Below, one piece after another: positions 1 through 8,530 of a stretch of DNA of 43,119 nucleotides (position 1 is the stretch's first letter; every line of letters begins with the position of its first letter). Below the pieces are notes generated by a model. That model had not been told where the DNA came from, did not search any database, and was given only the letters and a program-made list of their open reading frames with translations. Source of the stretch: Candidatus Thalassarchaeaceae archaeon (lineage in GTDB: Archaea > Thermoplasmatota > Poseidoniia > Poseidoniales > Thalassarchaeaceae); NCBI GenBank assembly GCA_963694325.1, contig CAVOCV010000001.1:1-43119 (forward strand), given 5' to 3'. The position numbers and the translations under genes were made by a program.

Positions 1-243
1 GAGTAGAGGTGCACGAACCGCATGGCCAACGCGCCCGGGAAGACAGTTCACGACGACATCCGAACCCGCGACGATCGACGTCACATCGTCCAACTCGATC
101 CGTTGCTGAATCTGCACAATGGAGGGTGGTAGATCCTCAATATCTGTGAGGTCGACCAGTCGGACATCATGGCCACGTCCATCCAGAGTGACGGCGATGT
201 AACGACCGACCAGGCCGCCGCCGAGCACACAGATGCTGGCCAT
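1..243 (-). CDS. N-terminal fragment of an NAD(P)-binding saccharopine-dehydrogenase-like oxidoreductase (continues past window start)
   Basis: Not in the ORF track. My minus-strand translation from ATG at 243..241 gives MASICVLGGGLVGRYIAVTLDGRGHDVRLVDL...SDVVVNCLPGRVGHAVRAPLL, open to position 1. It has a GxGxxG Rossmann start and a VVNCLP block as in Sacchrp_dh-type domains. Confidence 0.5.
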   Translation of the reverse strand, partial: MASICVLGGGLVGRYIAVTLDGRGHDVRLVDLTDIEDLPPSIVQIQQRIELDDVTSIVAGSDVVVNCLPGRVGHAVRAPLL

Positions 244-323
244 CGGATTCGGATGCGCATCTCGCCCTCAAACCATCGGTTCGAGGCGACGCCTTGAAAG
301 GCCGTTGAGCATCGGCTTAGTCG

Positions 324-1670
324 ATGGTCGACATCAACCCGTGGTCGAGTGATGTCTCGACCGATTATGCCCGCATCATCGACCAATTCGGACTGGAATC
401 CATCCCACAGGCAGAGATTCCCAATCCCTCGATTCAACACCGTCGGGGCATCATCTTCGCCCACCGCGACCTCGATGCCATCCTGCAGGCCCACGCCCGC
501 GGCGAGCCCTTCGGCGTCATGACCGGCCTGATGCCCAGCGGACAAATGCACTTGGGCCACAAGATGGTCATCGATCAGGTCCGCTGGTTCCAGGAACAGG
601 GCGCGGACGTCACCATCGCCGTCGCCGACCTTGAAGCCAACGCGACAAGAGGCATCAGCCTTGCAGAATGCCGCAAGGTCGCCATGGAGGAATACATCTC
701 GAATTACGTCGCCATGGGACTCGACCCGGACAAGACCCACATCTACTTCCAAAGCATGCGTCCGATCGTTCAACGACTCGGATTCACCCTGGGCAGGAAA
801 ACGAACCTCTCAGAATTCGAAGCCATCTACGGATTCAAGGGAGATACCAACCTCGCCCACGTCCAAGCACCACTCGTCCAAGCGGGCGACATTCTCCACC
901 CTCAACTCGACGAATACGGCGGCCTGCGTCCCATCGTCGTCCCCGTCGGCGTCGATCAAGACCCACATCTCCGACTGACGCGAGGCCTTGCGGCCAAGAC
1001 CAATTGGTTCAATGTCAACGACCGCAAGAAGGGTGGCCTCAGAATCACGGTCTCCGTCATGGATGAGAATCAGCACATCGTCTCCGATGCCAAGAGTGTA
1101 TTCTCACAGATCGTGGGCGCACTGAAGGGACTGGGCTACTCGGACATCATGGCCGATGCCAAGCACGGCATCTGTGACCTGCCCGCAGCCACCAGCAAGG
1201 ACCGCTACCCGATCCGCATGGCCCTTCTCACACTTGAGCGAAGCATGGGCGGCCAAGGACTCCTACAGCCCAGCAGCACCTACCACCGCTTCGCCGTCGG
1301 TATGACGGGCGGAAAGATGTCGTCCTCGATGCCGGAGACCACCATCTTCCTCACCGAGGACCTCAAGCAGATGGAGAAGAAATTCAAGCGATCTTTCTCC
1401 GGTGGCCAATCCACCGTCGAAGAACACCGCCGACTCGGCGGCAACCCCGACATCGATGTCGCCTTCCAATATCTCAAGTTCTTCTTCGAAGAGGACGACG
1501 CGGCCCTCGAAGAGGTCCGCAGAAGCTACGTCGCCGGCGACATCCTCTCGGGCGAACTCAAGGCCCTGACCATCGAAAAAGCCGCCACCTGGCTCACCAA
1601 CTTGGCAGAACTCCGCGACCAGAACGCCCATCTCGTCAACGAATTCCTCGCCGATGATGCTCGCCTCTGA
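324..1670 (+). CDS. trpS: Tryptophanyl-tRNA synthetase, archaeal/eukaryotic type
   Basis: ATG at 324. Has an MHLGH (HIGH-type) motif and a KMSSS loop. The C-terminal block SFSGGQSTVEEHRRLGGNPDIDVAFQYLKFFFEEDD...GDILSGELK closely parallels eukaryotic/archaeal TrpRS. Contains an internal insertion (see findings). Confidence 0.9.
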   Translation: MVDINPWSSDVSTDYARIIDQFGLESIPQAEIPNPSIQHRRGIIFAHRDLDAILQAHARGEPFGVMTGLMPSGQMHLGHKMVIDQVRWFQEQGADVTIAVADLEANATRGISLAECRKVAMEEYISNYVAMGLDPDKTHIYFQSMRPIVQRLGFTLGRKTNLSEFEAIYGFKGDTNLAHVQAPLVQAGDILHPQLDEYGGLRPIVVPVGVDQDPHLRLTRGLAAKTNWFNVNDRKKGGLRITVSVMDENQHIVSDAKSVFSQIVGALKGLGYSDIMADAKHGICDLPAATSKDRYPIRMALLTLERSMGGQGLLQPSSTYHRFAVGMTGGKMSSSMPETTIFLTEDLKQMEKKFKRSFSGGQSTVEEHRRLGGNPDIDVAFQYLKFFFEEDDAALEEVRRSYVAGDILSGELKALTIEKAATWLTNLAELRDQNAHLVNEFLADDARL

Positions 1671-1689
1671 GCAGACATCATGGCTGGCG

Positions 1690-2121
1690 CTATGAACTAT
1701 TCACAAATATCAGATTGATGATAAATTGGAATATTAGGAACCAAACTAGCCCCACCATAGCAATCCAAATTATCGAAGGATCTTCTCCTCCTGAAATGTA
1801 AGAGTAAGCGATAATGGCTGCCGCTAAACCAACTACAAACAAAATGCGATAGAGAATTGTTGCACTCACACTCCCACTTGTCGATAGAGCCTTCCATCCA
1901 TTGAATCCGAACCACTTCTGAATAAATCCCATGGCTTCACATTTGAGGTGAGGTATTTCATCTTCATCTGTTTTTTCGCTAACACATGCACATTCCATCA
2001 AGTGTACAGACTCACAAGCGTCCACTAGTGAGGTGGGTACGCTAGTTGATGTGGGCATCAATGGACCAACTCCGATGAGTTGGAAGGGGTTATCCGAAAT
2101 CCCATCTAACAGTACTGTCAT
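1690..2121 (-). CDS. Hypothetical small membrane protein in an AT-rich island
   Basis: 143-aa ORF with ATG at 2121. Two C-terminal hydrophobic helices (ILYRILFVVGLAAAIIAYSYI, IIWIAMVGLVWFLIFQFIINLIFV) follow a Cys-containing N-terminal part. Internal Met starts (MECACV.., MGFIQKW..) are possible. No family recognised. Confidence 0.4.
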   Translation of the reverse strand: MTVLLDGISDNPFQLIGVGPLMPTSTSVPTSLVDACESVHLMECACVSEKTDEDEIPHLKCEAMGFIQKWFGFNGWKALSTSGSVSATILYRILFVVGLAAAIIAYSYISGGEDPSIIWIAMVGLVWFLIFQFIINLIFVNSS

Positions 2122-2139
2122 TCTGGCTATGGAACCGAT

Positions 2140-2760
2140 TCACTCGTCCGTGACTGGACCAGCCCTTGACTGCGCTACTCCCGCTTCCATCAAGCCGGCG
2201 GCAGGCCCGACAGGGAGGTCGTCGATCTCGGCTTCGGTGAGCGGCCGTTCTTCGACGCCTTCTGTGAGGATCATCGAGTGTCCACAAGGGTCGAGCATCT
2301 CGAGGGTGACGCCTTCTTTCCCTTCGCGAATCTTGAGCATCTGTTCGGTGAGTTTGGTGAGATCGGTAATGGCTTGCCAATTCTCTTCGACGGCCGCTTG
2401 GCGACCGACCATGTCGATGACCTCTTGGAATCGGTTGAGGACGCCCTCGATGTTGGAGACGTAGCCCGTGCTGTGTGAGCCGGGTCGGACCTCGAGATCC
2501 AGTTCGATAAGGCGAACGGTGCAGGCAGACCCTCGGATGACCCGGATACTGAGATCCTCTGCAGAATCGATGAGATAGGTCTGACAGGAACCCTCCCTCC
2601 CTTCGGCGGGGATGAAGTCGGTTTGGCGCCATCCGCAGCCCGGGCAGGTCAGGGTGACCTGGGTGTGTTCGCCGAAGTAGGCGATCTGTTCGGTGTGGGC
2701 AAGCATCGAAAGGCCATGGTGAGCGCAGATGATGCAGTCCACGTCGATGGTGCTCTCCAT
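2140..2760 (-). CDS. ZPR1-type zinc-finger protein (COG1779-like)
   Basis: I take the ATG at 2760 (MESTIDVDCIICAHHG...). The upstream part of the 270-aa track ORF is Ser/Pro/Arg-rich junk that overlaps the sepF-like gene. CxxC-x(25)-CxxC (CIIC...CPGC) is followed by the ZPR1-like beta domain. Confidence 0.7.
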   Translation of the reverse strand: MESTIDVDCIICAHHGLSMLAHTEQIAYFGEHTQVTLTCPGCGWRQTDFIPAEGREGSCQTYLIDSAEDLSIRVIRGSACTVRLIELDLEVRPGSHSTGYVSNIEGVLNRFQEVIDMVGRQAAVEENWQAITDLTKLTEQMLKIREGKEGVTLEMLDPCGHSMILTEGVEERPLTEAEIDDLPVGPAAGLMEAGVAQSRAGPVTDE

Positions 2761-2791
2761 GGGTTGTGCCCCCTCGGTGGTTTGTTTGAAT

Positions 2792-3205
2792 CTATGCTTC
2801 GGGGTCGAAGACTTCGGGTTCGATGCCTCTGAGTCCTTTGAACGCGGGGGGGAGCAGGATGAGTCGGTCGTCGCCGACCTGTACGAGGCTGCCCCCGAGG
2901 TCGCCGACGATGAGCGTTTTGAGTCGGTCGATGGTCGCGGCGAACTCGACATCTCGATGGATGAGCCGCTTCAGTTCGACGATGGCGACATCGCCATCGG
3001 CGACCCAATCGAACAATGCGTCGACGCCAGATGAGTCGTGTAGCACGGCGCGGTGAATGATCGCCTCGTGCGCGTGGGCGGGCACCGGTGCATCGGGATA
3101 AAGGTCGCCGAGGTCATGGTAGGCTTGTGCCGTCGCGAGCGGTTCTGTGTGGCCCTCTGAGATGGACGGCATGTCCATCCAGCGCGGCGCATCCTCGTCC
3201 TCCAT
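2792..3205 (-). CDS. sepF: SepF-like cell-division protein (DUF552 fold)
   Basis: ATG at 3205 (the track start at 3235 is TTG). The C-terminal domain VDALFDWVADGDVAIVELKRLIHRDVEFAATIDRLKTLIVGDLGGSLVQVGDDRLILLPP matches my recollection of archaeal SepF (..DGNLVIADI..IDDLRQVA..GDIVQKGDDQIVITP). Confidence 0.6.
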   Translation of the reverse strand: MEDEDAPRWMDMPSISEGHTEPLATAQAYHDLGDLYPDAPVPAHAHEAIIHRAVLHDSSGVDALFDWVADGDVAIVELKRLIHRDVEFAATIDRLKTLIVGDLGGSLVQVGDDRLILLPPAFKGLRGIEPEVFDPEA

Positions 3206-3393
3206 GGCACCTCCGGGGCGGCGGCAATCCTTCAATCATTGGACCCCTTCGCTGACGTGGGTTCAAGAACCTCCACGACCCCACAAGGGGCGAGGTGGGC
3301 CGTGGGAACCGTTGCCGAGGGATTCAAAAGGACCCCTCGTGTCGCGCAACCATCCCCGACGTGCTCACGCACGACTCTTGGAGGATGATTTAG

Positions 3394-4020
3394 ATGGATG
3401 CAGAGATGACAGCGGTCAAGACGGGAACGAGTACGATCGGCATTTGCTTCGATGGTGGCGTTGTCGTCGGTGCGGATCACCGCGCGACGATGGGTCACTT
3501 CGTGGCCAACAAGAGCGTGCAGAAGCTGTTCCGCATCGCTGACAACCTCGCCTTGACGACCGCGGGTCTGGTCGGTCACGCCCAGTCCCTTTCCCGCACC
3601 CTCGCGGCTGAGATGTCCCTGTTCGAACTCAAGCGCGGCCGTCAGATGACGGTCAAAGGCGCAGCGACGATGACAGCGAACATCCTGGTCGGTCGCCCGC
3701 ACTGGGTTCAGCTGCTGATCGCCGGTGTCGATGAGACCGGTGGCAGCGTCTACTCCATCGATTCGGCCGGTGGCTCGATCCCTGACGAATACTGCGCCAC
3801 CGGATCCGGTTCGCCCTACATGTACGGTGTGCTGGAAGACCAATTCAAGCCCGGCATGACAGAGAAAGAGGCCCTCATTGTCGCCGCCAAGGCCCTGCTC
3901 GCCAGCGCCCAACGCGATGCAGCGTCCGGCAATGGCATGGACCTCTCGGTCATCACCGCCAAGCAAGGCTTCCGTCTTCTCACCGAAGACGAACTCAGTG
4001 CATTGATCGCCAAGTGCTGA
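3394..4020 (+). CDS. psmB: Proteasome beta subunit
   Basis: Short propeptide, then the KTG|TSTIGI Thr1 nucleophile context. About 200 aa of Ntn-hydrolase pattern (GADHRAT, GSGSPY). A GGAGG Shine-Dalgarno-like motif lies about 10 nt upstream. Confidence 0.9.
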   Translation: MDAEMTAVKTGTSTIGICFDGGVVVGADHRATMGHFVANKSVQKLFRIADNLALTTAGLVGHAQSLSRTLAAEMSLFELKRGRQMTVKGAATMTANILVGRPHWVQLLIAGVDETGGSVYSIDSAGGSIPDEYCATGSGSPYMYGVLEDQFKPGMTEKEALIVAAKALLASAQRDAASGNGMDLSVITAKQGFRLLTEDELSALIAKC

Positions 4021-4122
4021 ACATTCCCTTCCCGGCGCCTGCGCCGTCCTCGACCGCCTGCCCGCAGGGCTTGCGAATCGTGATGCAGCCAGTGCTCGGG
4101 AGAGAATAGGAGAGTACCGGAC

Positions 4123-6030
4123 ATGCGTCTGACATTCCAACAAGTGAAGAAACAAATCGAGAAGATGGTGCCGAAAGGCATCGAATACGACGTCGACCTT
4201 GAGGCGGCGAGCATCGCCATCGTCACCGAGGACCCCGGGGCCTTCTCTGGGTCGGACAGTTTGGCTGGAAAGATCGCCAAGTCGATCAAACGCCGGGTCG
4301 AGATTCGACCCTCCCCCGACATCATGATGGATGCCAAGGATGCGGAGCGGAAAATTCTCGAGATGATTCCCGATGAGGCTGGTCTCAAGCGCATCTACTT
4401 CGACGGTGCCCTGTGCGAGTGCACCATCGTCTGCAATGACCCCGGTATTGCGGTCGGCCCGAAGGGCGCGACCGTGCGAGCCGTCCGCGATGAGATTGGT
4501 TGGATCATCAAAACCGAGCGATTGGCTGCCAAAGAGAGCGCGACCATGCACAATATCCGCAAGTATCGACAGGAGAATTCAGACGATCGGAAGGCGCTCC
4601 TGCGCAAGTTCGGCACCAGGATTTACCGGCCGCAGCGACCGGGAGAGACATGGTGCCGTTTGACGGCGCTCGGTTCTTATCGCGAGGTCGGCCGCGCCAT
4701 GCATTTGGTGACGACAAACGAATCGAAGATCGTCGTCGATGTCGGCGCCAAGCCGACCAACAACCGCAGCGAGGTCAATCCCTTCTTTGGCGCACCCGAA
4801 TTGTTGCCTTTCGAAAACCTCGATGCCATCGTCATCACCCACGCCCATATCGACCACATTGGCCTCTTGCCGATGATGTACAAATATGGTTACCGTGGCC
4901 CGGTCTATTGCACACCGCCGACGCGGGATCTGATGGTCCTTCTGCAATCCGATTTCATCAAGGTCGCAGCGGCCGAAGGCCACCCACCGCCCTATGGATT
5001 GGGCGATGTGCAGGAGATGATCAAGCACGTCGTCGACGTCGATTGGGGCAAGACCATCGACATCGCCCCGGACATCAAATTGACGATGTACAACGCCGGT
5101 CACATCCTCGGCTCTTCCTCGCTCCACATGCACGTGGGAGAGGGCAAGCACAATCTCGTCTTCAGTGGCGACATCAAGTATGAGAAATCCTGGCTTTACG
5201 ACGCAGCAGCCGTCCGCTTCCCCCGGGTCGAGACCCTCATCCTCGAATCCACCTACGGCGGCGCCAAAGATTTCCAGCCGACCCGTCAGGAAGCGACCCA
5301 GGAATTGCAGGACCTCATCACCCGAGCGCTGGCGCGAAAGGGCAAGGTCTTCTGTCCGGTGTTCGCAGTCGGTCGAAGTCAAGAGGTCATGATCGCCATC
5401 GATCAACTGTTCAAATCCGGCAATTGCGAGCCCGTCACCGTCTGGTTGGATGGGATGATTACCGAGGCGACAGCGATTCACGCCTCTCACCCCGATGCGC
5501 TCAATCGAGACCTGCGCCGCAAGGTGCTGAAGGGCGGCGACGAAAATCCGTTCAACAGCCCATGGTTCCGTCAGGTCGAGAGCCGGGATCAGCGTGAGAG
5601 CATCCTGCTCGAGCCCAGCCCCTGCATCGTGCTCGCCACATCGGGAATGATGACCGGCGGCCCGATCGTCGAGTACTTCAAGCACTGGGCACCCGAGCCG
5701 AACAACACCCTCTGCTTCGTCGGCTATCAGGCGGACGGCACCCTCGGGCGCCGTCTACAGAAAGGATTCAGCGAGGTCCCCCTCAACGATGGTGGTCAGA
5801 CCCACATGGTCCACATCGGCTGCGACATGGTCACCATCGACGGATTCTCTGGTCACTCCGACCGCCGTCAATTGATGGAATATGTCAAGGCGATGAATCC
5901 GAAACCGCGCACCATCATCTGTCATCACGGCGATGCCCACACCTGCGCGGAATTCCGCAAAGATTTGGCCAAGACCTACCGCGTGCGCACGCATGCTCCC
6001 AAGAATCTCGAGACGATTCGCTTGGTCTAG
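4123..6030 (+). CDS. fttA: aCPSF1/FttA: KH-domain beta-CASP metallo-beta-lactamase ribonuclease (archaeal transcription termination factor)
   Basis: 635 aa. Has an N-terminal KH-like region, the HxHxDH motif (THAHIDHIG), a beta-CASP segment and a C-terminal GHSD...HGD motif. Size and architecture are typical of aCPSF1. Confidence 0.9.
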   Translation: MRLTFQQVKKQIEKMVPKGIEYDVDLEAASIAIVTEDPGAFSGSDSLAGKIAKSIKRRVEIRPSPDIMMDAKDAERKILEMIPDEAGLKRIYFDGALCECTIVCNDPGIAVGPKGATVRAVRDEIGWIIKTERLAAKESATMHNIRKYRQENSDDRKALLRKFGTRIYRPQRPGETWCRLTALGSYREVGRAMHLVTTNESKIVVDVGAKPTNNRSEVNPFFGAPELLPFENLDAIVITHAHIDHIGLLPMMYKYGYRGPVYCTPPTRDLMVLLQSDFIKVAAAEGHPPPYGLGDVQEMIKHVVDVDWGKTIDIAPDIKLTMYNAGHILGSSSLHMHVGEGKHNLVFSGDIKYEKSWLYDAAAVRFPRVETLILESTYGGAKDFQPTRQEATQELQDLITRALARKGKVFCPVFAVGRSQEVMIAIDQLFKSGNCEPVTVWLDGMITEATAIHASHPDALNRDLRRKVLKGGDENPFNSPWFRQVESRDQRESILLEPSPCIVLATSGMMTGGPIVEYFKHWAPEPNNTLCFVGYQADGTLGRRLQKGFSEVPLNDGGQTHMVHIGCDMVTIDGFSGHSDRRQLMEYVKAMNPKPRTIICHHGDAHTCAEFRKDLAKTYRVRTHAPKNLETIRLV

Positions 6031-6305
6031 AACACCGGCACGTCGAATCCGGCCTCGGCAGGGTCGGGCAGGTTTTGCGCCTCGCCCGAATCACCTGAAT
6101 CAGTTCTGAGCTGGGTGCCAGTCACATGTTCAACCTCTTCCGCTTGGAAGAATGCGATCACACCACTGATGGCGAAGAGGACCGAGAGAGAGAGCAGGGC
6201 CCAGGCATTGGCGTCGACGGCGCCCTCCCGGTAAATCTGGATGGTCGAGGCCAGAGCGAGCATGGCGAAGGCGATGCCGAGCACCTTGGCGCGCTGGTTC
6301 TCCAT
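6027..6305 (-). CDS. Hypothetical small membrane protein
   Basis: I take the ATG at 6305 (MENQRAKVLGIAFAMLALASTIQIY...). It has two hydrophobic helices and an acidic tail. The longer track ORF upstream is Arg/Pro-rich and overlaps the next gene. Its stop overlaps the fttA stop (CTAG). Confidence 0.4.
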   Translation of the reverse strand: MENQRAKVLGIAFAMLALASTIQIYREGAVDANAWALLSLSVLFAISGVIAFFQAEEVEHVTGTQLRTDSGDSGEAQNLPDPAEAGFDVPVF

Positions 6306-6355
6306 GGGTCGCAGTCCACCCTTCCTTTGATGAACCAAACCCCTACTCGGCAGCC

Positions 6356-7045
6356 ATGGACTTCGACATCGGCGGTGACAAGGCTGCGCCGAGGAAGGCA
6401 CAACGCCGAGCGAACGCCCGCACCGGTGGTGCGTTCGCCGGCTGGCTGATGACCGCGGTCGCACCTTTCGGTGAGAACGAAGAACACGCCATGGACCAAG
6501 CATTGGTGGAACTCGGACTCGGCGATGCACGCCTCATCCGCGGTGAAGGCGCGATGCTGCCACTCGGCTTTGAGCCGGGCACGCCACAGGATCTTCCGAT
6601 GGGCAGTTTGGTCGAATGCCATCTCGCCAAAGCGACCGTCTCCGAATCTGGCATCGCCTCCGCAGGGGTTGCTTGGGCACTATGCAGCACGCCCGAGGAG
6701 GATGAGTGCGCCATTGTCTGCACCCTCGCACACCCCGGCTCAATGGAGGAGTGCGAGGCCGAACTGCGTCGCAATCTACAGCGCAAACTCGGCAATCGCG
6801 ACCTCGAACTCCGCAAAAATGAGGCCGGCCGCGCCATGTTCGAGTGCGCGGTCGATGAGATCGAAGCGCAGGAGGGATTCCACGGCGTCGTTCTCGCCGC
6901 ACTGATCCTGCCCAATTCTCTCAACATGGGCAGCGCGCCGAGCGGGCCGACCCGTTCTCGCAACGCGGGCATCTCGAGTGTTGGCGGCAGCCTTGGGGGA
7001 CCGGCCGGTATGTCCGGTTCCGGTGCAAGCGATTTCGGATTCTGA
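6356..7045 (+). CDS. Pyruvoyl-dependent arginine decarboxylase (PdaD)-like protein lacking the pyruvoyl-forming serine
   Basis: The segment GENEEHAMDQALVELGLGDARLIRGEGAMLPLGFEPGTPQDLPMGSLV parallels the PdaD core (..[31 protein letters not shown]...LPMGALV, from memory), but SS is replaced by EG. It also has a low-complexity Gly/Ser C-terminal tail. Confidence 0.5.
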   Translation: MDFDIGGDKAAPRKAQRRANARTGGAFAGWLMTAVAPFGENEEHAMDQALVELGLGDARLIRGEGAMLPLGFEPGTPQDLPMGSLVECHLAKATVSESGIASAGVAWALCSTPEEDECAIVCTLAHPGSMEECEAELRRNLQRKLGNRDLELRKNEAGRAMFECAVDEIEAQEGFHGVVLAALILPNSLNMGSAPSGPTRSRNAGISSVGGSLGGPAGMSGSGASDFGF

Positions 7046-7084
7046 GCGAATTCGTCAAGAACTCCCGTGCGCCCGAGTCAACCC

Positions 7085-7507
7085 ATGGTCTGGAATGTCC
7101 GCCTCTGTGAGGGGTGCGCGCGGACCTTTGGGCGAGACGGCGAATCCGTGAATAGCCGATGCCCACACTGCGGTAGCGCAGCCTCCAAGGTCATCTCGAA
7201 GCACTTGAAAGCGAGCGATGCCCGAGACGCCGTCTCAATGTCCAATGTTCCGCTTGAGATCAGAGGCGAACTCTCCGCCTGGATGGCCAAGGAGAAACTC
7301 CGGGATGCTCCCACCCCCGTCCAGTCCATCGATGGAGCCCGGGTTCTGCTCGATGCGAGCGATGAGAATCGAATCGTCACCCTCGAAATGATTGAGATCG
7401 CCATCTCGAATCAGAATTCTGTGATGGACGCGGAGTCCTTCATCGAACAAGCCTGTGCAGAGGGGCAATTGCTGCGCCTCGCCGATGGCACATGGCAGCG
7501 CATCTAG
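7085..7507 (+). CDS. Zinc-ribbon protein with C-terminal helical (winged-helix-like?) domain
   Basis: ATG at 7085 (the track start at 7067 is GTG). CEGC...CPHC zinc ribbon at the N-terminus. Resembles haloarchaeal DUF5817-type proteins by pattern only. Confidence 0.45.
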   Translation: MVWNVRLCEGCARTFGRDGESVNSRCPHCGSAASKVISKHLKASDARDAVSMSNVPLEIRGELSAWMAKEKLRDAPTPVQSIDGARVLLDASDENRIVTLEMIEIAISNQNSVMDAESFIEQACAEGQLLRLADGTWQRI

Positions 7508-8385
7508 GCGAGATGCGAGACCCAGAACGCCGTCGCGCGCTCCATCGCATCGGCCCTGGCTTCGGCATCTCCACAGATATGGGCACCGACATTTTTCAGA
7601 ATCTTGAACGCGAAGGCGCGATGCCGTGGCTCATTCAAGGGGAAGCGAATGCCGAACTTCCAAATGCCTGACATGTGTCCTTTGGCTGAAATTTTGACCG
7701 TCCTGGTCTTGATACAGATCGCATCGTCCAGCCACTTTTTCTCCTCGAGGGAGTCAAAGGAATGCATGCAACCCTCGTACACCTTCAATTCCATGTGCGG
7801 AATCTGCGGGTGCAATCCCTGAACGAAATGAAGCGGGGTCCAATCATCGGCATCCCCATGCAGAATCAACATCGGTGCGGTCGACCAATCCTGCACGACC
7901 GGTCGCATGTGTGCCGCGGGATAGAACGGCAGATGCGCGGCGAATGGCTCTGCCCCGAAGGCTTTGATAATCGGTTTCCAGGCCGCATACAGTGCGACCG
8001 TCCCACCCAAACTCCAACCCGTGACACCAATCTTGGCAATTCGAGGATCATTCGCAAGCATCGACTGTGCAGCGAATGCATCGGCGAGCATCATCGCGTG
8101 GGTGACAAACATCTGGTTGTCGACGACCGAATCAACTTCCCGCGATGCGAAGGAATGAATCTGGCACACGGCGAAGCCGGCATCGAGCCAGTTCGCGACA
8201 TGGATGGCGTGGTGATCCGACCAGCCCCGACTGCCGTGGCTGGATACCACGCAACCGAATGGGCCGTCGCCCTCGGGCAGGTGGAGATCAGCGAAAACAG
8301 TCTGTTTTGGGGTCTTGTGTAGATGTTTCAGAATGTGGTGGATCTCAAAGGGATTCGATGATTCGAATTCAATCCGCTCCACCAT
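7504..8385 (-). CDS. Alpha/beta hydrolase (dienelactone-hydrolase-like)
   Basis: 293 aa. Has a GWSLGG nucleophile elbow (GxSxG), a downstream HGDADDWTP block and CMHSF (His). The pattern fits the DLH/prolyl-oligopeptidase-type fold. Confidence 0.7.
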   Translation of the reverse strand: MVERIEFESSNPFEIHHILKHLHKTPKQTVFADLHLPEGDGPFGCVVSSHGSRGWSDHHAIHVANWLDAGFAVCQIHSFASREVDSVVDNQMFVTHAMMLADAFAAQSMLANDPRIAKIGVTGWSLGGTVALYAAWKPIIKAFGAEPFAAHLPFYPAAHMRPVVQDWSTAPMLILHGDADDWTPLHFVQGLHPQIPHMELKVYEGCMHSFDSLEEKKWLDDAICIKTRTVKISAKGHMSGIWKFGIRFPLNEPRHRAFAFKILKNVGAHICGDAEARADAMERATAFWVSHLA

Positions 8386-8453
8386 GGGTCGCCCAGAAGG
8401 TCATCGTATGAAAGAGAACGTTCAAACAGCGCAGCCGCCGCGAACGGCTCACT

Positions 8454-8530
8454 GGACCCGTGGGTTAGCTTGGCTATGCTCGGAGCTTTGGGAGCTTCAG
8501 ACCTCAGTTCAAATCTGAGCGGGTCCACCA
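8454..8530 (+). tRNA. tRNA-Pro (anticodon UGG), CCA encoded
   Basis: Hand-folded. The acceptor GGACCCG pairs with CGGGTCC. The anticodon stem GGAGC/GCTTC carries loop TTTGGGA (UGG). The T arm is CTCAG-TTCAAAT-CTGAG, with discriminator A plus CCA. The D stem is weak (3 bp with G-U pairs), but A14, GG and A21 are in place. Confidence 0.85.

Noticed and set aside
252-261. 10-bp palindrome GATGCGCATC in the divergent promoter upstream of trpS
   Set aside because: A single short palindrome in GC-rich DNA is not distinguishable from chance without conservation data.
81-773. 230-aa minus-strand ORF overlapping the trpS 5' region
   Set aside because: It is antisense to a confidently identified TrpRS. 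Its composition (Asp/Gly/Val/Ala/Arg-rich, no motifs) is typical of open antisense frames in GC-rich DNA. The real minus-strand gene here is the separate frame 1..243.
999-1268. Intein in TrpRS
   Set aside because: The insert is only about 90 aa. It lacks the N-terminal Cys/Ser junction, the C-terminal HN-Cys/Ser/Thr junction and any endonuclease blocks.
3232-4551. 439-aa minus-strand ORF across psmB and the fttA start
   Set aside because: It is antisense to two strongly recognisable genes and has low-complexity Gly/Arg/Ala/Asp-rich sequence. It is a GC-rich antisense artefact. The same reasoning applies to 4579..5685(-), 27584..28447(-), 33522..34481(+), 35690..36529(-), 37919..38635(-) and 18634..19575(-).
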